Below are positions 60,220-64,000 of a stretch of 64,000 bases of DNA, piece by piece. This stretch comes from an uncultured Gammaproteobacteria bacterium (GTDB lineage Bacteria; Patescibacteriota; Patescibacteriia; S139-126). Each line of letters begins with the position of its first letter. Within the stretch, counting starts at the first letter, position 1. The stretch spans positions 156,826 through 220,825 of the forward strand of contig CAZINS010000001.1 in the NCBI GenBank assembly GCA_964540695.1, written 5' to 3'. The notes under the pieces were generated by a model. It was not told the origin of the DNA and made no database searches. It saw only the letters and a program-made list of their open reading frames with translations. The position numbers were made by a program, and so were the translations under genes.

Positions 60220-60801
60220 ATGTACCAACCAAACGATAAATACGCCCAGAAAGCAAAAGCACAAGGCTACCGTTCCCGTGCTATTTATAAATTGGAAGAA
60301 ATAAACCAAAAATTTAAGTTAATTAACAAGGGACAAACTGTATTGGATTTGGGTGCTGCCCCAGGCTCTTGGTTACAATATGGTGCACAAATAGTAGGCT
60401 CTAAAGGCTTAGTCATAGGGGTCGACACCAGCCCGATTGCCAATTATTCTCAACCTAATATAAAAACTATTGAACAGGACATTTTTGCCTGGGATGAACT
60501 AATAAAAAAACTAGATTTAAATTTTGATGTGGTTTTATCTGACGCGGCTCCGGCTACCAGTGGTATTAGCCTAACTGACTCCAGTCGCTCCTTGGCTTTG
60601 GTTGAACAGTCCCTAAAAATAGCTATCTGGTTGCTAAAACCCAAAGGTAATTTTTGTGCCAAAATATTTATGAGTCCGGAAGCTGAAAACTTATATTTAC
60701 AAATGAAAAAATACTTTTCCTCTTGTTATCGCTTTAAGCCGCACGCCAGTCGTAGTAACAGTAAAGAGATGTATTTTATCGGTCTAAGAAAAAAAAATTA
60801 A
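60220..60801 (+). CDS. rlmE: 23S rRNA 2'-O-ribose methyltransferase RlmE (FtsJ)
   Basis: YRSRAIYKLEEI, SAM motif VLDLGAAPGSW, catalytic K-D-K-E context (VLSDAAP); 193 aa. Confidence 0.85.
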   Translation: MYQPNDKYAQKAKAQGYRSRAIYKLEEINQKFKLINKGQTVLDLGAAPGSWLQYGAQIVGSKGLVIGVDTSPIANYSQPNIKTIEQDIFAWDELIKKLDLNFDVVLSDAAPATSGISLTDSSRSLALVEQSLKIAIWLLKPKGNFCAKIFMSPEAENLYLQMKKYFSSCYRFKPHASRSNSKEMYFIGLRKKN

Positions 60802-61175
60802 TTTTCTAAAAAAATATTACCGGCTAAGATTGAATTGGTACCAATAAATTTAACCTCAATTCTAATTTTTTGATCTACCGGTAAATCAGCCAGAGACGTT
60901 TCTTGACTGTTTTGGTTGAAAATTTTTGCCTCCGGTAACAAACCAACAATAACATCTTGTTCGGCATGATAATTCACCACCAAGGCCCGAGAAGAAATGT
61001 GTACTTGTTTAACAGTGGCACTAATATAATACTTTTCAACTTGCGGATTGGGTGGATAATTATTTAATGCTTTATCTCTAGACTGCAATATAAAATACCC
61101 TAACGTCATAATAAGCATAGCCACTAAACCAATATAGGTGCTAAGTAAAATAAAATTACGTCGATGACCGTGCAT
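60798..61175 (-). CDS. membrane-anchored hypothetical protein
   Basis: 125 aa, single N-terminal TM. Confidence 0.4.
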   Translation of the reverse strand: MHGHRRNFILLSTYIGLVAMLIMTLGYFILQSRDKALNNYPPNPQVEKYYISATVKQVHISSRALVVNYHAEQDVIVGLLPEAKIFNQNSQETSLADLPVDQKIRIEVKFIGTNSILAGNIFLEN

Positions 61176-61176
61176 A

Positions 61177-61647
61177 TTAAAATTTATCTACAATATTAAT
61201 AACTTGCTTGATAATTTTATTGTCGGTGGGGCTTGATAATAAAAAATTAGCTTTTACTTTTTTATTATCAAGTACGAGTGGTAACCAATATTTATCATCT
61301 ACCCACATTTGGTCATAGGGAATTTCTGACAGATTAAACCAAGCGGGTCTCATTTCGTCAGTTTCAATAATTTCTCCTTTGTAAGCTTGAACAAAAAATA
61401 TATGAACCAGCAATTTTTCTTCACTGCTAGTAAAACTAAAATCAATTTCCCCTACCTTGTCTAATACTTTAGCCTCAATACCAGCTTCTTCAAGAAGTTC
61501 ACGTTTGGCCGCTGACAATAAATCTTCACCTTCTTCAACTTTACCCCCAAATCCATTCCACCGCTTCTTACCAAAACCTCTTTTTTTATAACCTAACAAT
61601 AACTGATTAGCTTGTCTGACAAAGCATAAGGTTAAATTTTTTGTCAT
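61177..61647 (-). CDS. NUDIX hydrolase
   Basis: Nudix box GGKVEEGEDLLSAAKRELLEEAGI (Gx5Ex7REUxEExGU); 156 aa. Confidence 0.8.
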   Translation of the reverse strand: MTKNLTLCFVRQANQLLLGYKKRGFGKKRWNGFGGKVEEGEDLLSAAKRELLEEAGIEAKVLDKVGEIDFSFTSSEEKLLVHIFFVQAYKGEIIETDEMRPAWFNLSEIPYDQMWVDDKYWLPLVLDNKKVKANFLLSSPTDNKIIKQVINIVDKF

Positions 61648-61651
61648 AAAA

Positions 61652-62128
61652 TTAATTTTTTTTCAATATGCTATAAATTTGCCAACCCAACAATAAAGAC
61701 AACAGAAAAAAACTGGCTCCATAAAGACAAGATGAATCAAAGATTGAAGTCATTAGCCCACTACAACCTACAACTGGTTGACCGGCAGCTTGTTTGATCT
61801 TCCACCACTCCCAAGCTACTACTCCCCAAGCAAACAACGTACCCCCGAATAAAAATAAAGTGTGTTTAAAACGAGCTTTTATTTGCTTAGTTTTATCATT
61901 TATCTTCAATAAATAAAATACCCAACCTAAAGCTACTAAAAAACCTAGTCCCCCATAAAAGCATGGGGTGGTGACTGGATTAGTATAAACACAATCTGCT
62001 ACTTTAAAAATCGTACCTTCATTGGCATAAAAATTGATAAATTCTCTAACAATAATATACCAAGCAAATAAGGAACCACAGATTAAAAAAAATATCTGCC
62101 CGCCTATTAACAATTTTGTTTTGTTCAT
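61652..62128 (-). CDS. 4-TM membrane protein with two extracytoplasmic Cys pairs (DsbB/VKOR-like?)
   Basis: 158 aa; Cys pairs DCVYTNPVTTPC and GCSGLMTSIFDSSC in predicted loops. Confidence 0.35.
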   Translation of the reverse strand: MNKTKLLIGGQIFFLICGSLFAWYIIVREFINFYANEGTIFKVADCVYTNPVTTPCFYGGLGFLVALGWVFYLLKINDKTKQIKARFKHTLFLFGGTLFAWGVVAWEWWKIKQAAGQPVVGCSGLMTSIFDSSCLYGASFFLLSLLLGWQIYSILKKN

Positions 62129-62194
62129 ATTTTTTGATTAATAATTAATTTTATTATAGCTTTTTCCCTTAAATATTGAAATTAATATTTAACC

Positions 62195-62222
62195 TTGACA
62201 AATTCAGAAAAAAATGTATAAT
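62195..62222 (+). promoter_or_regulatory. Near-perfect sigma70 consensus promoter (TTGACA-16-TATAAT)
   Basis: TTGACA 62195-62200, 16 nt spacer ending TG, TATAAT 62217-62222. Confidence 0.6.
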
Positions 62223-62270
62223 AGATGAATTAATTCTTTAAAAAAACTCATAAAAACTTAAGGAGATGGC

Positions 62271-62414
62271 ATGAAACATAAAAAAATTTTTTGGTTACCA
62301 ATATTTATCACTGTTTCAATTTTTTCTGCCTATAAATGGCATAAAAAATTTTCTACTCCAAAATTTCCCCAACTAGTTGGGGCCCACGAAATTCTTGATG
62401 ACACAATCAATTAA
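62271..62414 (+). CDS. small (47 aa) membrane protein not in the ORF track
   Basis: RBS AGGAG at 62261-62265, 5 nt before the ATG. MKHKKIFWLPIFITVSIFSAYKWHKKFSTPKFPQLVGAHEILDDTIN has one TM helix flanked by basic residues. Terminator follows directly. Confidence 0.55.
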   Translation: MKHKKIFWLPIFITVSIFSAYKWHKKFSTPKFPQLVGAHEILDDTIN

Positions 62415-62422
62415 AAATTTTA

Positions 62423-62450
62423 AAACCCTGATTAATTTCAGGGTTTTTCT
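62423..62450. terminator. Rho-independent terminator shared by the small ORF (+) and the convergent nuclease gene (-)
   Basis: aaaccctga ttaatt tcagggttttt. Confidence 0.65.
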
Positions 62451-63193
62451 TTGACTACTTTTTGGACTGCTTGATTATACAAACAATAATTACATTTTTT
62501 TGACTCAGATGGAATTTTGGTACTCGCTAAACATTTATAAGCTTTTTCAATGATACCACTTACCCAACTATCATCACCTTGATAAGGAATAATCTGCACA
62601 TCAAAATCTAGACGTCCATCAAAGGCTTGTCGGTCTCTTTGACCGTTGGCATAAACAAAATAACCAGTATTTGAAACCTTAAAACCATTTTTTCTAAATA
62701 ACCACTGGTAGATTTCCATTTGCCGCTTGTAACCTTGTCGATAATCAGCTTCCAAAGTAATTTCATTGTCAGTGGCGGTTGCCTTATAATCGACTATCAG
62801 TAATTCTTTTTTTGGATTTATCCAAACATCATCAACTGCGCCATAAATAAGTATATTCTTTTCCTTATCTAAATATTGTATACCAGTAAAATTGTGGCGC
62901 CATTTATTCATCTCTGGATGAGAAAAAGGCACAGCGTCTATACCATAAGCAGCCATCATGGGGTGAGTTTGATTTTTTACCCGGTGAATATCAAACTCTT
63001 TTTTCAATAAAGCATCAACTGCGTTGTTTAAAGTAAAAGGAAAAGATGCGGGTCGGGATACGCCTAATTTTCTGTCTAAATAAAAACAGCGCGGACATTC
63101 TATGTATAATTCCAATTTAGAACGAGATAATTTAAATAATTCGTTCTTATCACTTGACCATAAATTTTTTTTTCTAAAACTATTATCTATCAT
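62438..63193 (-). CDS. Cas4/RecB-like PD-(D/E)xK nuclease with four-Cys cluster (DUF83-like), stand-alone
   Basis: N-terminal CPRC, GAVDDVW...LLIVDYKAT (D...D/E-x-K), QxxxY (MEIYQWLF), C-terminal C-x9-C-x2-C; 251 aa; uses a UGA stop. Confidence 0.6.
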   Translation of the reverse strand: MIDNSFRKKNLWSSDKNELFKLSRSKLELYIECPRCFYLDRKLGVSRPASFPFTLNNAVDALLKKEFDIHRVKNQTHPMMAAYGIDAVPFSHPEMNKWRHNFTGIQYLDKEKNILIYGAVDDVWINPKKELLIVDYKATATDNEITLEADYRQGYKRQMEIYQWLFRKNGFKVSNTGYFVYANGQRDRQAFDGRLDFDVQIIPYQGDDSWVSGIIEKAYKCLASTKIPSESKKCNYCLYNQAVQKVVKEKP

Positions 63194-63234
63194 ATTTTTA
63201 AATTAATAACCCCGACGCTAGTCGGGGTTATAGG

Positions 63235-64000
63235 TTATTCTTCAACTACTAAATTACCAACCATACCCATGGTACGATGTTGTCCGACGCTACAGTAATA
63301 TTCAAATGTGCCGACTTGATCAGCTATAAATTCTACTGAGGTGCTACCGCCGGTATTTACCTTTTCGGTAGCGGCGTTGAACTCATCTATTACCCAATCA
63401 TGAAACCCATCTGTAGAAGTAAAATCTATTTTTACCCTGTCTCCCTTTTTTACTCTGATTTCTTTTTGCGAAAAAGTAAAATTTTTACCAGAAATAGCAA
63501 AAGTTTTTATTTCCTCAACCGGTTCTTCTGTAGTCAATTCTCTATCAGCTTGTACTGCTGTAAAACTTGTCGCCACTATTTGATTATTAACTAACAAGGG
63601 TAAATCGACTCCATCGGGAAATTCAAATTTACCAACTTCCCCCTCATCAACATGAATAATTGCCCATAAAACACTACTGCTAGTAGTAGTACTTATTGGA
63701 ACTGATAAATCACTAAATAAACCAGAAGTTAGAGCTAAATTTCCTATAACCTCTTTGGGCATACCACTTTCATCACTATTATAAATAACCAACCAACTGG
63801 GTTGAGTGGTGTATAAATTATCAACAATTACCTTTCCGTCTGCAATTGACTGAGCTGACAACTGAATAAATGGCTGTTGGTCATTGGTTGTATCAAGGGG
63901 CAAAACGCCAACTTGATTATTATTTGTTAATGGAGTAACTGTTTCATCTTTTGGTTGCTGATTGATTACCAATACAACCGCAAGTAAAACTAAAATGGCT
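63235..64000 (-). CDS. Cupredoxin (plastocyanin/amicyanin-like type-1 copper protein), N-terminus beyond window end
   Basis: C-terminal FHDW...YYCSVGQHRTMGM supplies the His...Cys...His...Met ligand set. Reading frame remains open past 64000 into a hydrophobic signal/TM region. Confidence 0.65.
   Translation of the reverse strand, partial: AILVLLAVVLVINQQPKDETVTPLTNNNQVGVLPLDTTNDQQPFIQLSAQSIADGKVIVDNLYTTQPSWLVIYNSDESGMPKEVIGNLALTSGLFSDLSVPISTTTSSSVLWAIIHVDEGEVGKFEFPDGVDLPLLVNNQIVATSFTAVQADRELTTEEPVEEIKTFAISGKNFTFSQKEIRVKKGDRVKIDFTSTDGFHDWVIDEFNAATEKVNTGGSTSVEFIADQVGTFEYYCSVGQHRTMGMVGNLVVEE

Overview
This is a 64 kb window with low GC content (roughly one third) and dense gene packing, with most genes on the minus strand. 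It is largely housekeeping. It carries three aminoacyl-tRNA synthetases: a dimeric archaeal/eukaryal-type GlyRS, IleRS and ArgRS. It also carries GatC-GatA, LigA, RecO, RarA, Tgt, TrxB, Lgt, a DD-carboxypeptidase, RlmE, and an smpB-ssrA(tmRNA)-infC-rpmI-rplT block. A complete type IV pilus locus (PilM/N/O, PilB, PilT, PilC, PilD, major pilin, several pseudopilins, an embedded CheY-like receiver) spans about 45.2-58.9 kb. A minimal two-subunit [NiFe] hydrogenase sits at 8.8-10.6 kb with a HycI-like protease and HypC nearby. tRNA-Asp(GUC) lies at 37771-37847 on the minus strand. UGA is used as a stop codon and long ORFs are intact, so the genetic code is standard. The archaeal-type GlyRS, the T4P locus, the minimal hydrogenase and the many small secreted or membrane proteins fit a small-genome Patescibacteria/CPR-like bacterium, but that assignment is inference. 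No CRISPR array, integrase, transposase or reverse transcriptase was seen. The features least explained by ordinary annotation are: (1) a tight minus-strand operon VIT-CYTH-GAF-patatin led by a TrbC/VirB2-like small membrane protein at 32.6-35.6 kb; (2) a plus-strand cluster of secreted or polytopic membrane proteins (29.2-32.6 kb) with a near-consensus promoter followed by a perfect 16 bp inverted repeat in the 5' UTR; (3) a roughly 190 nt GC-rich structured segment next to tRNA-Asp that ends in a duplicated copy of the tRNA T-arm/acceptor 3' end, which looks like an att-site scar or a small ncRNA; (4) a 31 bp heptamer-based repeat (TTAATTC units) present in intergenic DNA and, in frame, twice inside ileS; (5) about 70 bp AT-rich direct repeats bracketing ssrA-infC-rpmI-rplT; (6) a compact consensus-promoter/RBS/47-aa small-protein/terminator unit missing from the ORF track. 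Coordinates of non-ORF features are hand-derived and may be off by 1-2 nt.
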